From assembly GCA_950097015.1 (NCBI GenBank), contig CATNEN010000005.1, forward strand, positions 310,001 through 374,000: a stretch of DNA of 64,000 bases. The letters are read 5' to 3'. Below are positions 62,800 through 64,000 of this stretch, one piece after another. Below the pieces are notes generated by a model that searched no databases, was not told the origin of the DNA, and saw only the letters and a program-made list of their open reading frames with translations. How positions within the stretch are numbered: the first letter of the stretch is position 1; each line of letters starts with the position of its first letter. The DNA is from Macrostomum hystrix (Eukaryota; Animalia; Platyhelminthes). Position numbers and translations under genes: made by a program.

Positions 62800-63022
62800 G
62801 ACAGAGACAGGCAGGCAAAGACAGACAGACGGACAGAAAGACAGAAAGACAGAGAGACAGATAGACAGACAGACAGACAGACACACAGACAGACAGGCTG
62901 ACAGACAGGCAGACAGATAGACAGACAGGCTGACAGATAGACAGACAGGCTGACAGACAGACAGACAGATAGACAGACAGGCTGACAGGCTGACAGGCAG
63001 ACAGACAGACAGACAGACAGAC

Positions 63023-63053
<31 letters not shown>

Positions 63054-63200
63054 TAGGTTGACAGGCTGACAGACAGACAGACAGACAGACAGACAGGCTG
63101 ACAGACAGGCAGACAGACAGACACAGACAGACAGGCTGACAGACAGGCAGACAGACAGGCTAACAGACAGGCAGACAGATAGACAGACAGGCTGACAGGC

Positions 63201-63239
<39 letters not shown>

Positions 63240-63245
63240 TAGTAT
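62800..63245. repeat. (GACA)n microsatellite
   Basis: Direct. Confidence 0.97.
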
Positions 63246-64000
63246 AGGAGATGCATGTAATTTTGAAACAACAGATGCAAAATAAAGGAAACTTAAAGCG
63301 AGGAAATAACTAGGCAATTATTTAAATCTAAAAAAACAAAAGACAACCTAATGATATTAAGCAATTTAACTAACCCCAAAAGTTACAAAGGAAAATAGAC
63401 GTGCAAACAACACTAACTGAACTACTAGCATGCCCGAGACATGCTACTTACAATCGTCAATTTGAACTAGATCGCGTTTTAAAGACTTAGGCCAAGGATT
63501 TGGCAATCGTTTGTAATATAGCCACAGCATGTTGTTACTGCTGCTGCTGTTGCTGTGACTCTCAGCTTTAAAAAGAAGACAAGTAGAGTGATAATTAAAA
63601 AATATAGTTTAAAAAATGATTTTTAAAAATACGATAAAAAACTCACCAGTTTTGGGACATTGTTGCACAGTCTGTGAAGCAGTCGATTTAGTAGCGAATT
63701 GGCAGATTCTATTCAGCCTAGTATTATTATCCGATTGTCTCAATTGTTTAACTAGCTGATCGGTGTCTAGAACAGCGGCAGTTAAACTGACTCGAAGACG
63801 CGCCAAAGCCGACGTCATGGTCAATAATTCGTCGCAGATTCCATTGTCGACTAATTTGTTATTATTTCTGTTGCCATTAGAAACCTGAGTTAGCAAAGGC
63901 AGAGGCGATAGGCTAAAATAATATGAGCCAGAAGAGCGAGACGACGAACTTGAAGTCGACGAAGAGCAAGACGACGAAAACGACGTGTCTTCGCCGTGAA

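Overview
Eukaryotic (animal) genomic DNA with spliceosomal introns, tRNA-headed SINEs and a different minisatellite in nearly every intron. The style suggests the flatworm Macrostomum or a relative (inference only). All recognisable genes are on the minus strand: (i) a KY/hillarin-like transglutaminase-fold gene with a degenerate catalytic triad, running off the left edge (54-5908); (ii) an intronless MCTS1 (12794-13342); (iii) a large multi-exon coiled-coil gene (about 27830-41540) and a paralogous fragment (62380-64000), separated by a roughly 19-kb 30-bp satellite with higher-order repeats. The main discovery is invisible in the ORF track. Region 13.9-21.2 kb (possible first exon near 23.3 kb) is a non-coding, multi-exon GAS5/UHG-type snoRNA host gene. 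It carries 24 box C/D snoRNAs in 12 guide families, 2 weaker C/D candidates and one H/ACA snoRNA. Guides match U6 Am47, 18S Am27/Am166/Um627/Um1326 and several 28S sites, and some point to positions I do not know to be modified in human or yeast (e.g. 18S U8). Target sequences and numbering (classic human snoRNABase or yeast) come from my memory of conserved rRNA/U6. The organism's own rRNA is not in the window, so all targets need confirming.
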